From positions 1-64,000 of the forward strand of contig JBGCFM010000081.1 of the NCBI GenBank assembly GCA_045106895.1: a DNA stretch of 64,000 nucleotides, in the 5' to 3' direction. Each line of letters starts with the position of its first letter. Within the stretch, counting starts at the first letter, position 1. This DNA is from Polyangiales bacterium. GTDB taxonomy: Bacteria > Myxococcota_A > Polyangia > Polyangiales > Houyiibacteriaceae. Below the pieces are notes generated by a model. It saw nothing but the letters and a program-made list of their open reading frames with translations, was not told the DNA's origin and did not search any database. Positions 17,701 to 26,814 of the stretch are shown piece after piece. A program made the position numbers and the translations under genes.

Positions 17701-18628
17701 ATGCTACGCGAAGAGCCTCCACGTACGCAGACACGTCGTGCGCGCCGACGCGTTGTCGGCTTGAGTAGAGGTACTGAATGAGGTCTTCGTAGAAAAGCCC
17801 AGCGTTCTGATGACGGTCGTCGGGGTCCGGACTCATCGCTTTTTCGACGATGGCGATGAGCTCGTCCGGGAGCTGCGGCGCGACCTCACGAATCGGCGAC
17901 GGGAAGCCTTCACGCACCCTCTGAAGGGTCTCGTAAGTCGACGCTGTGAGGAAGGGGTTCACGCCTGTGAGGGCTTCGTAGAGCACGGTGCCGAGGGCGA
18001 AGATGTCCGTACGGTTGTCGACGTCGATGCCACGTGCCTGCTCCGGAGACATGTACGCGTATTTGCCTTTGAGGACCCCTGCTTCGGTCTCATCTGCGAC
18101 GGTGGTTCGCGCCTTCGCGATGCCGAAGTCAGTGAGCTTCACTTCGCCTTCGTAGCTGACGAGGATGTTCTGGGGAGAAACGTCGCGGTGAACGATGAAG
18201 AGGGGACGCATGTTCGCGTCACGTCGACGGTGGGCGTAGTCGAGCCCCTTTGCGATCTCACTCACCACAAAAACGGCGAGCTGAGCCGGGATTGGCTTCC
18301 CGTACTTCTTGGAACGACGAAGGATGGTCGCGAGATCGGAGCCGGCCACGTACTCCATCGCGATGAAATACGTCTCATCGGCGCGTCCCAGGTCAAACAC
18401 CTGGACGATGTTTGCGTGGGAGAGCGTGACAGCGATTTTCGCCTCGTTGATGAACATATCAACGAAGTCCGGGTTCCGCCCCAGCTCTTCGAGAATACGC
18501 TTGATAACGAGGATCTTCTCGAAACCCTCTACGCCGTGGGCCTTCGCCTTGTACACCTCGGCCATGCCACCCCGAGCGAGAAGCTCAAGTAGCTGGTACT
18601 TGCCATAAACAACCGGCGCTTGTTCCAC
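14768..18628 (-). CDS. Ser/Thr protein kinase fused to degenerate cyclase-like domain, P-loop ATPase and TPR repeats
   Basis: ARGGMAEVYKA, HRDVSPQN, DFGIAK, YMSPE; FVGR...GEAGSGKT Walker A; GNPLY; C-terminal helical repeats. Confidence 0.9.
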   Translation of the reverse strand: MEQAPVVYGKYQLLELLARGGMAEVYKAKAHGVEGFEKILVIKRILEELGRNPDFVDMFINEAKIAVTLSHANIVQVFDLGRADETYFIAMEYVAGSDLATILRRSKKYGKPIPAQLAVFVVSEIAKGLDYAHRRRDANMRPLFIVHRDVSPQNILVSYEGEVKLTDFGIAKARTTVADETEAGVLKGKYAYMSPEQARGIDVDNRTDIFALGTVLYEALTGVNPFLTASTYETLQRVREGFPSPIREVAPQLPDELIAIVEKAMSPDPDDRHQNAGLFYEDLIQYLYSSRQRVGAHDVSAYVEALRVASDGRRSRPDDGLRAAFDIDTSAGVEKHQLTPAEVPSARPDGPRVTTGSGRRAMPRAERRDLTVLAVPRGAGDGKARSRLENAGGQVEEGDNAIFGVFGVVQPDGRDADAAARVGLSLQSEGYAVGIVAGRVVVNDSTLRRDDTSAELFRAAASLAQSADESQVLVSTSAERAMRRYFELAPWGEESFELRAERDVQNTSGPFVGRRDELRRIGEVLAVANKGTQCLVSVVGEAGSGKTRLIRETVRRIRVGGHDVGMTISTATGRGPYSAVQATIRDILGLAVLAQEEEVRDKVARLRELGLSEDEIAAVGSVLGVADAKSDRNLVSAVARIALKLAEDRLTVFAFDEFDKVDPESLALLQRILRKAGTGRIVIVVAHRPDAPFDWDEFPQHLEIRLAPLTDDDVARIVAARLGADEVPGELLREVGIKSAGNPLYVEEYLLALEDAGAIKTGDKVSYEAGTAVKVPRSLRGIVSARLERLSDDQRHLLRIAAVIGSRFHDIMISRVAGRSRESIGEQLLDLVDRGVLVQSTGDEYSFAHQLIAQVILEALPLEVKKELHGAVAGAFESVYPKHLDELAERLAGHHRKAGNRSRAIDYLVRSADRMESEHALNGSVTNLLKVIDMITASTNPDRERALALYQRVGELCFRSRNLSEGVTRMDAALELAESIARDEYVARFSMMRGLFLAQSNRFAEARPWFERARNVARRVGKGGLLGAIARAEAETEARNGNYQSAVGLLEEALGLAVDAADTAAQMRARLPLALAFAGSGDRDQAFSALEGARKLAMGRTDRFLECELVKTEALVCYFTGELDRALESGQRGIELAKEYGFTYEAAVNAHNVGEVYMRLGDFKRAFAMLRFSYDLAREHGYVKVQYNNMRVLGFIDATKLGSPQGRERVAEALTYAEENGFIWDIIQGRYMLAFVDHVQGKVDEARRAFQEVCQLANEYGQRHYEKAAEDALLAIEAGAPLKLPH

Positions 18629-18737
18629 GAGTATTTTGGGTCCCCAGGGGCCATTCTAGAGCCGCCCCAGTCCGCAACGCGGACCTTGAATTCCTATCAC
18701 GCTTCGGGCCACCCCTCCACGTTTCAGCACGTTTCGG

Positions 18738-20378
18738 CTAACGACGCCTTCGCCAGAAGAGCAGACCGAAAAGCCCGAGGAACCCAAGGGCGGGCCCGCT
18801 CGTGTTGGATTTCCCGATAACTCGACATCCACAGCCGCTGTCGATGCGCTCCGTGGGTGCTGCGATGCACAACGAGACATCCCCCGCCGATACGCAGTCG
18901 AAGTCATCGGGACATGGGTTCGAATCGTCGCAAATCGAGGTGCAGAAGGTCTCATCCGAACGCCGTGCGCACTCGCCGCTTTGGCAGTCGTCACCCGTTT
19001 CGCAGCCTCCGCCGAGTTCGGACAGAGTTCCTGCAGTCCGGCATGCGCCACATCCAACAAGTCCCTGGACGACCTGACACTCGAAACCGTCGGCGCACAC
19101 GGTGGCTCCGCCTGGCTGGCAAGGGCTCGCACATTTGCCGGCATCACACATGGTCGTGGCGCAGTCTCGATCTTCGGAGCAGTCGCCACCCAGAGGGATG
19201 GGGCCTGGTCCGCCAGCAACGCACAGGCCGTCTCCGCATGTGCCCGTCGCCTCCCCATCACAGTAAAAGCCGCTTGGGCAGCTGGTCGGATCAAATCCGT
19301 CACAACGCTGAGTACAGACCTGACCGATGGAAATGCCGCAGAGCGTGGAGTTGCAGTTTGCGCTCTCCATACAGGGCTCGCCGAGTCCCGCGAGCTCAGG
19401 GTCCGTCGGTCGCGGAACACACATCTCGGCCTGGCAGATCTCGGTGGGCTCGCACTCCGTGTCGATGGTGCACTCGGGCATGGGCACGACGGGACCGCCG
19501 GAACCAGCACAGGTTGGCTGGTCGCTGACCACACGAATGCACTGGGTGACGCCGGCGGCGAGCTGAGCGCAGAGTTCATCCGCGCCGGTGCAGTCCGATG
19601 GTCCAGCGCAATTCCGTCCACAGAAAAGCCCATCGGGATAGCCAAGGCACAAGTCGTTGGGGCCACCACATGCTGCGGAGTTTTCGCAGGGTGAGCAGAC
19701 GGTTCCGTCGCCCATCACCGCTTGGCAAACGCCAGCGACGCACTCCTGACCGGACGCGCACCCCGTGGTTGTGCAGTCCACCGGACCCCCGCCGGACCCT
19801 GGGTAGAGAAAGCAGATGCCGTTCTCGTCATCGCTGCCGATGGAGTCGATTCCGCCCGTGTAGGCGAAGTACATAGCCGCCCCGGGGTCACTGCTGTGGT
19901 CGAGGCCATAGTAGTGGCCGCCTTCATGAAGTGCGATGGAGTACGTGTTGACGTTGCTTCCGCTTCCGGAGCCGGTGGTCCACGTGAAGTTCTGGCCGTT
20001 CATGACCATATCGGCCTCGACGATGCATTCGCCGCTCCAACGGGGAGAGGTGACGCCGATGGCTGAGCTACCGAAGCGCCAACCGCTCTCCACCCAACCG
20101 ATGAGCGACTGACCGTCGCCGCTGCCGGCGTTGCCACCGCTACGGCCGCCGTAGGAAATACTGAGGTCTGTGCAGGACCGGAGTCCCCAATCTTCCATTC
20201 CGCGGCGCGTTTCCATGACCGAGGAGTCTTCGCCGATGTCGGGAGATGTCGTTGTGATGGAGTATGGAACCGGCGTGCACCACGCAGGACAGGTGCTCGA
20301 AATGCACTCGTAGGCGGACGCTTGAGAGGTGGCGCCGAGCACAAATGCGGCGGCGGCGAGGGTAATGGCCCGATTCAT
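18738..20378 (-). CDS. Secreted matrixin-like metzincin metalloprotease with Cys-rich repeats and MYXO-CTERM-type anchor
   Basis: Signal peptide; HEGGHYYGLDH zinc motif plus Met-turn (AAMY); many Cys repeats; tail SGCGC...TM...WRRRR. Confidence 0.88.
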   Translation of the reverse strand: MNRAITLAAAAFVLGATSQASAYECISSTCPAWCTPVPYSITTTSPDIGEDSSVMETRRGMEDWGLRSCTDLSISYGGRSGGNAGSGDGQSLIGWVESGWRFGSSAIGVTSPRWSGECIVEADMVMNGQNFTWTTGSGSGSNVNTYSIALHEGGHYYGLDHSSDPGAAMYFAYTGGIDSIGSDDENGICFLYPGSGGGPVDCTTTGCASGQECVAGVCQAVMGDGTVCSPCENSAACGGPNDLCLGYPDGLFCGRNCAGPSDCTGADELCAQLAAGVTQCIRVVSDQPTCAGSGGPVVPMPECTIDTECEPTEICQAEMCVPRPTDPELAGLGEPCMESANCNSTLCGISIGQVCTQRCDGFDPTSCPSGFYCDGEATGTCGDGLCVAGGPGPIPLGGDCSEDRDCATTMCDAGKCASPCQPGGATVCADGFECQVVQGLVGCGACRTAGTLSELGGGCETGDDCQSGECARRSDETFCTSICDDSNPCPDDFDCVSAGDVSLCIAAPTERIDSGCGCRVIGKSNTSGPALGFLGLFGLLFWRRRR

Positions 20379-20965
20379 CGTGTCACCCCCGACCCTGGGC
20401 GAAGGCCCCCGGCCTGGCGGACGCGCTGTTCAAACTCCGTCAATCCCACGACCATTTCCCCGCCGTGGTCGATGATCATCTCACCATCGATCCAGGTGGC
20501 GAATCCGACGGCATCGGCATCTCGCATCACGACCGCGGGCATTCCTGGAACGCCGCGTAGCACCGTGAACTTCCCCTGAACCAGGGCGAAGGTTCGAAAG
20601 TAGCGGTCGACGCCATCGACGTCGTCATCGAGGAAGACCACGACTTCTTCGCCGAGCCTGTACCGAGGTGTCCCGGCGATGCGCATCCCGCCGCGTGCCG
20701 TTTCGCCACCGATCTCGCGGAGGCGAATCTCATCGTCCCCCTGCCCGACCAACCACTCATCCACGCGAAGCGTCGTGATCGTGGTGATCTCACTGCCGCC
20801 ATCCCGCAGATTTAGCTGGGTTCCGGAGTGAATCACCGTGGCGCGAACGACGCCTTCGCCTTCAACAACCATCTCTTCGAGGGGGACTTCGACCATGATG
20901 GTCGCGAGGGCGGGCACGCTGAGCAGTGCCAGCAAGCCAGCGAGGGCAGTTCGTTTCGTCTTCAT
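20375..20965 (-). CDS. Secreted hypothetical protein coupled to the matrixin gene
   Basis: Signal peptide (ALA-T); ATGA overlap with the downstream protease gene. Confidence 0.75.
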   Translation of the reverse strand: MKTKRTALAGLLALLSVPALATIMVEVPLEEMVVEGEGVVRATVIHSGTQLNLRDGGSEITTITTLRVDEWLVGQGDDEIRLREIGGETARGGMRIAGTPRYRLGEEVVVFLDDDVDGVDRYFRTFALVQGKFTVLRGVPGMPAVVMRDADAVGFATWIDGEMIIDHGGEMVVGLTEFEQRVRQAGGLRPGSGVTR

Positions 20966-20984
20966 GGCAAGTTCCTACACGCTG

Positions 20985-21734
20985 CTATGTACGGCTAGCG
21001 TCTACACGAAGGTATCGTGAGAGATGTCGAACGCCAAGGTAGAATGGGCCAGTATCTAAGAGAGCAACGACAACTTTGAACACATAACCAGCCAAGATGT
21101 AGGTCATAAGTTGGTCGAAAAGAGGCTCTTCGGCACTGATCGGAAGGCCGCTGGCGTAAAAGTGCGTGATGAGAATCACCGCAGTCGTATCGACGAGCTG
21201 ACTGACCAAGGTTGAGGCGTTGTTTCGTAGCCAGAGATGGCGCCCTTCGGTCTTCCTCTTCCAGAAGTGGAAAAGCCGAACATCTACGCTCTGAGCGACC
21301 AGATACGCGACCATCGACGCAACGATGCCGCCAAAAGCAAGGTTCCGGACTTCGAAGAATGCCGGCGCCTCGTTCCCCGGAAGAACGCCCCCGAGCCACA
21401 AAATGAAGCCAACCCACGCGTTGAGGAGCAGGCCCATCCAGACCACGTCGCTGGCGCGTTTTTCCCCATAAAGCTCGCTGATGAGGTCGGTGCAGAGGAA
21501 AGTGACCGGATACGGCAATACGCCGACGGCCAGCGGCATGGGGACCTCCAGGCTCCCGATGCTGAAAGAGAGGTCGAGAAAACGCGTGACGCCGAGGATG
21601 TTCAGCATCGCGAGGCTTCCAAGGAAGACCCCACTCAGGATTAAGAAGACGGTCTGCCGCCGTCTTAGGACGATGCGTTCGTCGAGGGGCTCGAGGCCTT
21701 CGAACGACATCTGTTCGCTTGGCAGACGTGTCAC
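20985..21734 (-). CDS. Queuosine precursor transporter (YhhQ/VUT family)
   Basis: YPVTFLCTDLISELYG, ASMVAYLVAQSVDV, HLWLRNNASTLVSQLVDT. Confidence 0.9.
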   Translation of the reverse strand: MTRLPSEQMSFEGLEPLDERIVLRRRQTVFLILSGVFLGSLAMLNILGVTRFLDLSFSIGSLEVPMPLAVGVLPYPVTFLCTDLISELYGEKRASDVVWMGLLLNAWVGFILWLGGVLPGNEAPAFFEVRNLAFGGIVASMVAYLVAQSVDVRLFHFWKRKTEGRHLWLRNNASTLVSQLVDTTAVILITHFYASGLPISAEEPLFDQLMTYILAGYVFKVVVALLDTGPFYLGVRHLSRYLRVDASRT

Positions 21735-23020
21735 TCCAGGGCGAGTCCTCGTTTGGTCGCCGCTCGCTCAATGCCTCGCCAAGCCTGATGCTCCTGGCCC
21801 GCGCGACGTGTGTCGCCCATGGCCTCGTAGAGCTCGGGAACCGCGATGCGCAGGCGCTTTGTCGTCTTGCCATGCGCTTCGAGGCGCTGACAAAGGTGGC
21901 CCGGGCTGACGTCGGCGCTCGCGATGAGTTTGCCGTAGATGAGCTGCTCATGATGCGGCTTGGGCTCCTCGGTCGCGGGATGCGCGAAGGCGCGGACGTT
22001 TTCGCCGAGGGCCGTCACCAGCGCTTCGAGTTCGCCGCTGCCGACGATGGCGACGAAACGCATCCGCCTTTCGTCGCCGGCGCGAAGCACCTCAAGCACG
22101 GGAAAAACCGGTCCGCCGGCGTCTTGATCCACCGGTCCGCCATCAAAGAGGACGATGTCCCCGTAGTCGATGGGTGCATCCTCGAAGGTTGGGCTCGCGA
22201 CGACGCCATGACCGGGGCTGATGGGCGCGATGTGGACGAGTTCGAACCCCGTGTCGGGTCGCTCCACCAGCCCATATCCGCTGGGGCGACAGCGAACGCG
22301 AAGGCGGCGCGGTGGAACGCCCTCGACGACGGGCAGCCCGCCTTTGCCGAGAGAGACCTGCTCCACACCGAGGTCACGCCACGCGCCAGCGGCGAGGTCT
22401 CCTTCGCCGAGCGCCGTCGCGCTCAGGGCTATATTCCAGACAACGGCCTTCGTCGCCCCCATCCTGGAGCGGGCCCGGAGGAACTGGTCGAAGGCGAGCT
22501 GCCAGCGACCTCGCCACTTGTGGCAGACCCCCAAATCAAAGTGCCAGCCGCCATGCTCTGGTTCCAGGTCCAGGGCGCGGGCGTAGGCTTCCAGCGCGAG
22601 GGAATCACTCTCTGGACCCATCGCTCGAAGCGCGTTCGCACGGTTGATCTGCAGGTAGGCTTCGAGTTCTGGCGGAAAAGAACGGCCCAAGGCGTCTTGT
22701 GCGAGCGCCGCGGCCACATGTTCGGGGCCTTGTTCCCGTGGGGGCGCATCGAGAGGCCGCTGTTCGGCCATCGCGTTGAGTGCAGCGAGGACGGCGACGA
22801 TGACTTGGCCATCCGAAGGAAAAGCGGCAGCGATCGCCTCGAGCGTGGCGACGGCAGCCCCGGCGGGAAAGCGCATCGTCACTGTCGAGTAGTGCAGAGC
22901 GACGTCTCGGTCCTCCAACCACTCATCAGCGCGGAGTCCCAGGACCTGCCAGGCAGCGTTTGAGCCCCCATGGTCGAGGGCCATCTTGAGGTCGGCGGTC
23001 CAGGCCGGAATGGCGAGCAT
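21731..23020 (-). CDS. TPR-containing protein
   Basis: TPR-like ALEAYARALDLEPEHGGWHFDLGVCHK; GTGA overlap with the transporter gene. Confidence 0.7.
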   Translation of the reverse strand: MLAIPAWTADLKMALDHGGSNAAWQVLGLRADEWLEDRDVALHYSTVTMRFPAGAAVATLEAIAAAFPSDGQVIVAVLAALNAMAEQRPLDAPPREQGPEHVAAALAQDALGRSFPPELEAYLQINRANALRAMGPESDSLALEAYARALDLEPEHGGWHFDLGVCHKWRGRWQLAFDQFLRARSRMGATKAVVWNIALSATALGEGDLAAGAWRDLGVEQVSLGKGGLPVVEGVPPRRLRVRCRPSGYGLVERPDTGFELVHIAPISPGHGVVASPTFEDAPIDYGDIVLFDGGPVDQDAGGPVFPVLEVLRAGDERRMRFVAIVGSGELEALVTALGENVRAFAHPATEEPKPHHEQLIYGKLIASADVSPGHLCQRLEAHGKTTKRLRIAVPELYEAMGDTRRAGQEHQAWRGIERAATKRGLALE

Positions 23021-23137
23021 GGGCCGGCGTAGCAGGTCCCGGCGAGGCCCGCACGGGTCACCCGGTGAAAGAGAGCGCGATTCAGGTTCAATTGGTTATC
23101 CAAGCGGCGCTGGTTGGGGTACGATCCCCTTCGGGGA

Positions 23138-23899
23138 ATGGGATTGAAACTTGCAGGCGCAGGGCTAACGGACGTAGGGCAGCGTCGAGCCATCAACGAA
23201 GATGCCTTTTTCTTTGATGACTCGCTCGGGCTCTATGCCGTCGCGGACGGCATGGGCGGACACGCCGCAGGTGAAGTCGCGAGTGCCGAAGCCGTCGACA
23301 CGGTCCACGGCATGGTCAAGAACGGCAATCCTGCCCTGCAGCGCCTTCGTGACGGCGACACCGACGAAGAAGCCGTGCGGAGCGCGATTCGTGTCCTAGA
23401 GAGCGCCGTTCAGGCCGCTACGTACATGGTCTTCGGTTTGGCTCAGGCCGACCCGGACCGGCAAGGGATGGGGACTACCCTCTCCGCGTTGGCCATTTGT
23501 GGGCGCTACGGCGTCACCGCACAGGTTGGCGACAGTCGCATCTACTTGGTGCGAGGTGGGCGTGCCGCTGCGCTCACGGAGGACCACACGCTCGTCGCGT
23601 GGCAGCTCAAGCAAGGCATCATCACCGAGGAAGAGGCCGCGGTCTCGCCCCATCGAAATGTCATCACGCGCGCCGTCGGCAGCCGCGACTACGTTCAGGT
23701 CGATACACGTTTCTTTGAGGTGAAACCCGGAGACGCCTTTCTCGTGTGTTCCGACGGGCTTCACGGCTACCTCGAGGAAGATGAGATTCCGCCCATCGTC
23801 GAACTGGGCCCCGCCGCCGCCACGGAACGCTTCGTCAGCATGGCCAACGAACGAGGCGGAAAAGACAACATCACCGCCGTTGTTGTGACCCTGGAGTGA
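23138..23899 (+). CDS. PP2C-family Ser/Thr protein phosphatase
   Basis: TDVGQRRAINED, VADGMGGH, AQVGDSR, CSDGL, GGKDNIT. Confidence 0.95.
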   Translation: MGLKLAGAGLTDVGQRRAINEDAFFFDDSLGLYAVADGMGGHAAGEVASAEAVDTVHGMVKNGNPALQRLRDGDTDEEAVRSAIRVLESAVQAATYMVFGLAQADPDRQGMGTTLSALAICGRYGVTAQVGDSRIYLVRGGRAAALTEDHTLVAWQLKQGIITEEEAAVSPHRNVITRAVGSRDYVQVDTRFFEVKPGDAFLVCSDGLHGYLEEDEIPPIVELGPAAATERFVSMANERGGKDNITAVVVTLE

Positions 23900-24642
23900 C
23901 GCAGCGCCTCTTCGTCAGCGGCGTGTTGTGTATTTTGATGGGCTGTGGGGGCAGCCAAGGGGCGACGCGCCCTTCCCCGCCCCCCGCCGACAATTCGATC
24001 GAGGTCGCGGAGCCCGATACGCCAAGAGCAACCGCCACAGCACCGACGCTGGGCGCGGAGATTCTGTCGCCTGACGAGAGTGAGCTGGAGTCACTCCTGC
24101 CTGCTCTGTCTCGCGACGGACGCATCGCCGTTGTGGAGACCGAAACGGACACCTACTCCGGTACGACATTCCGGCGCGGCGTCATCATCCGAGCGTCGCA
24201 ACAGTCCAACTGGGTTCTTGCGGAGCTCGACGAAGGCGGCGAGTCGCGCGTGGATCCGGCGACCTCCGCCGCGCACCAAGCGGACTTCCTCTCTCAGTTC
24301 GAAGGACGCGCGTTCCGGCCCCTCGTCTCCACATGCAGCGCAGGCGCAACCTGCACATTAGGAACTCAACGTGGTGAACTTGAGCTGACCGAGACCCATG
24401 AGGGTCAGCTCGTCGCACGTGCCGACGGTCGTGAGCTCGTGAGTTGGCACTTGCCCGAACTTGAACTTCCGCGAACATGCTGCGCTGGCGGGCCCGAGGA
24501 TGTCCCGGAGTGCTTCGTCCGAGTAAACCGCTGGGATGTGTGGGCCGCCGGGTCCAAACTGCTCGTGCGAACGGCCGTCGAGTCTGCAACGGCGAACTGC
24601 AGCTCCACGGCGAGCTACGAAATCCTCGACGTCGACTGGTAA
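23896..24642 (+). CDS. Hypothetical lipoprotein
   Basis: LMGC lipobox; GTGA overlap with the phosphatase gene. Confidence 0.65.
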   Translation: MTQRLFVSGVLCILMGCGGSQGATRPSPPPADNSIEVAEPDTPRATATAPTLGAEILSPDESELESLLPALSRDGRIAVVETETDTYSGTTFRRGVIIRASQQSNWVLAELDEGGESRVDPATSAAHQADFLSQFEGRAFRPLVSTCSAGATCTLGTQRGELELTETHEGQLVARADGRELVSWHLPELELPRTCCAGGPEDVPECFVRVNRWDVWAAGSKLLVRTAVESATANCSSTASYEILDVDW

Positions 24643-24646
24643 CGAG

Positions 24647-26050
24647 TCAGGCGTCGGAGACGCTGGCGTCGGCCTTCTTGGGGACTCCGAGCATCACCTC
24701 CCGGTAGTGCAGGAAGAGGCTCTGAACGATGCTCAACGCTGGCACCGCCAAGAGCGCCCCAGCGATTCCGGCGACGGCCTCGCCTGCGAGGAGCGCAAAG
24801 ATGACCAGCACAGGGTGCACCTTCGCCGAGTCGCCCATGATCTTCGGGTTGAGTAGATTTGCTTCGATCTGGTGGATGACAAGGATCCAAACCAGCGTGA
24901 ACATCGCCGTTGAGATGCCACTCTGAAGGGCGATGATCACCGCTGGAACGGTGCTGATGATGGCACCAAAGATCGGAATGACACTGAGGACAGTCGCGAT
25001 GAGGGTGAGGATCGGCCAGTAGCGGAGCTCAAGAAAGTAGAAGCCAACGCCACTGAGAGCGCCGTTGACGAGGGCGATGAGGAGCTGGCCACGAACGACA
25101 CCGGCCATCCCGCGGTCGATGCGTAGGACAAGACGGTCAAAGCTTCGTCGACGATTCACGGTCCAAAGCGAACGGAAGAACGCGAGGATACGGTCGGAGG
25201 TGATGAGCAAATACGCCGAGAGCATCAGCATGATGAAGAACGTGAAGATGCCTTTGACCAACACCTTCACCACGGACTGCGCGGTCGTGAGCACTGCCGA
25301 GGCTGTCGTTCGTGTGTCGCTGGCCATGCTCTCAAGGGCGTCCGAGAGCGCCTGTGAGAGGTCGCCTTCGTCACTGGCATCGATCTCGGAGGCCGTCACC
25401 CGGTACCCGTGGCCCATCGGCTCGATGACCAGGCCATGCTCCGGAAGATCTACACGATAGCCGAGGCCGTCCTCGCTGGGTCTCACCTCAATATGCTCAC
25501 GCACGTCGGCGGGCGGCGCAGCGGCGATGGCGTCGCCGGGGGCGTCTTCTGCAGAAGGCTCCTCGGGTTCGACGGTCGGAGCTTCGTCCGTCGACTCGCG
25601 CATCGCGTCGCGCAGCCAAGTCTCGAGGGCCGGGACCCACTCATCCCTTGCTTGAGCGACGGTCTCCGGCAACTCGCTCGCGAGAAGCTCCACCTCTGCG
25701 GCGAGGCGAGGAACGCCAATCGCGATGAAACCTCCGAGGCCCGTCAGGAGCGTCGTGTAGAGCAGGATGACGGCGAGCCAGCGCGGGATCGCTTTACCAA
25801 ACGGCTTCCGCTCTTGGATCCAAGCCACCACCGGCGAGAACACGTAGGCCAGGACAAGGGCGAGGAAGAACGGAAGCAGAACGGCGCGAGTCGCGACGAG
25901 CACGCCGACGACGATGAGTCCCCAGACGGACAGGAAGAGCGTGCGCCGGCTTGGCTTCGGCAAGAGGCGCTTGAGCGTGTCACTGGAGAGTGAACTCTGG
26001 CTCGCCTTCGGGGCTTCCGCCGGTTTGCTGGGTTTGTCCGGCGTGCTCAT
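24647..26050 (-). CDS. AI-2E family transporter
   Basis: LLPFFLALVLAYVFSPVV, RGQL, IPIFG, QIEANLLNPKIMG, GALLAVP. Confidence 0.9.
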   Translation of the reverse strand: MSTPDKPSKPAEAPKASQSSLSSDTLKRLLPKPSRRTLFLSVWGLIVVGVLVATRAVLLPFFLALVLAYVFSPVVAWIQERKPFGKAIPRWLAVILLYTTLLTGLGGFIAIGVPRLAAEVELLASELPETVAQARDEWVPALETWLRDAMRESTDEAPTVEPEEPSAEDAPGDAIAAAPPADVREHIEVRPSEDGLGYRVDLPEHGLVIEPMGHGYRVTASEIDASDEGDLSQALSDALESMASDTRTTASAVLTTAQSVVKVLVKGIFTFFIMLMLSAYLLITSDRILAFFRSLWTVNRRRSFDRLVLRIDRGMAGVVRGQLLIALVNGALSGVGFYFLELRYWPILTLIATVLSVIPIFGAIISTVPAVIIALQSGISTAMFTLVWILVIHQIEANLLNPKIMGDSAKVHPVLVIFALLAGEAVAGIAGALLAVPALSIVQSLFLHYREVMLGVPKKADASVSDA

Positions 26051-26106
26051 GCCTGGCGACTATTAGCAGGGGCACAGCTCAATCGCCATAGTCGCGACGC
26101 CTCGTG

Positions 26107-26703
26107 TCAAGACTCGTGCCCGCTGTGGGCCAATGCGAGGCACTCGGCCACCTCGCCTTCGCCCATCCCGGCGTCTCGCATCGCTTCCACCAAGTCTCCG
26201 TCGACGCCTTCGTGCACGCGCACGTTCCGGTAACCGTCCGTGGCGACCTCCACCGTTCGGGTCAACCTCGCGTGAACTTCTCTTCGTTTTTCAATGAGAG
26301 CCGCGGCCTCTTCCGCGTGGCCTGGCAACGCCAGAGTGAGCTTGTCCCCATTGTCAGTGAGGAGCACGAGGGACGCGGCGTTCGGCACTTGGACGGACAC
26401 GAGTCGCTCAAAGCCGATGAAGGTGTGAGGAGCGCGGATTCCGTTGAGACCGACGTCCACCTCGATGGTTCGCCGGCGAGCAGAAAAAATCGGGAGCGCG
26501 GACACAAGCGAGAGGACGAGCCAAGCCATCGCCCCAAACAAGAACTTGCTCGAGAGGTCGGAGTCGTCGAACACGATAAAGGACCCGATGAACGTCATCA
26601 CACCGAGTATCGCCATGCCCCGCGTGACGTGCCTCGATGCACCTCGCGGGTCTTGAGGGCGCTCGCATTGAATGCTGACGCGCCTGGGCAGTGGATGCGA
26701 CAC
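26107..26703 (-). CDS. Hypothetical membrane protein (2 TM)
   Basis: Two hydrophobic helices followed by a soluble domain; start uncertain. Confidence 0.5.
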   Translation of the reverse strand: MSHPLPRRVSIQCERPQDPRGASRHVTRGMAILGVMTFIGSFIVFDDSDLSSKFLFGAMAWLVLSLVSALPIFSARRRTIEVDVGLNGIRAPHTFIGFERLVSVQVPNAASLVLLTDNGDKLTLALPGHAEEAAALIEKRREVHARLTRTVEVATDGYRNVRVHEGVDGDLVEAMRDAGMGEGEVAECLALAHSGHES

Positions 26704-26726
26704 GCCTCGGCATAACCCAGCTCCCC

Positions 26727-26764
26727 AAAAGAGAAAAGGTCGGCACCTTGCGGTACCGACCTTC
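26727..26764 (-). terminator. Intrinsic terminator after rpsA
   Basis: AAGGTCGG...CCGACCTT stem with an A-rich tract on the + strand (U tract on -). Confidence 0.7.
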
Positions 26765-26814
26765 TATCTTCGTTGCTTGAAGGAAACTCTCAGGAGTCTC
26801 CTCGTTGCGGGAGG

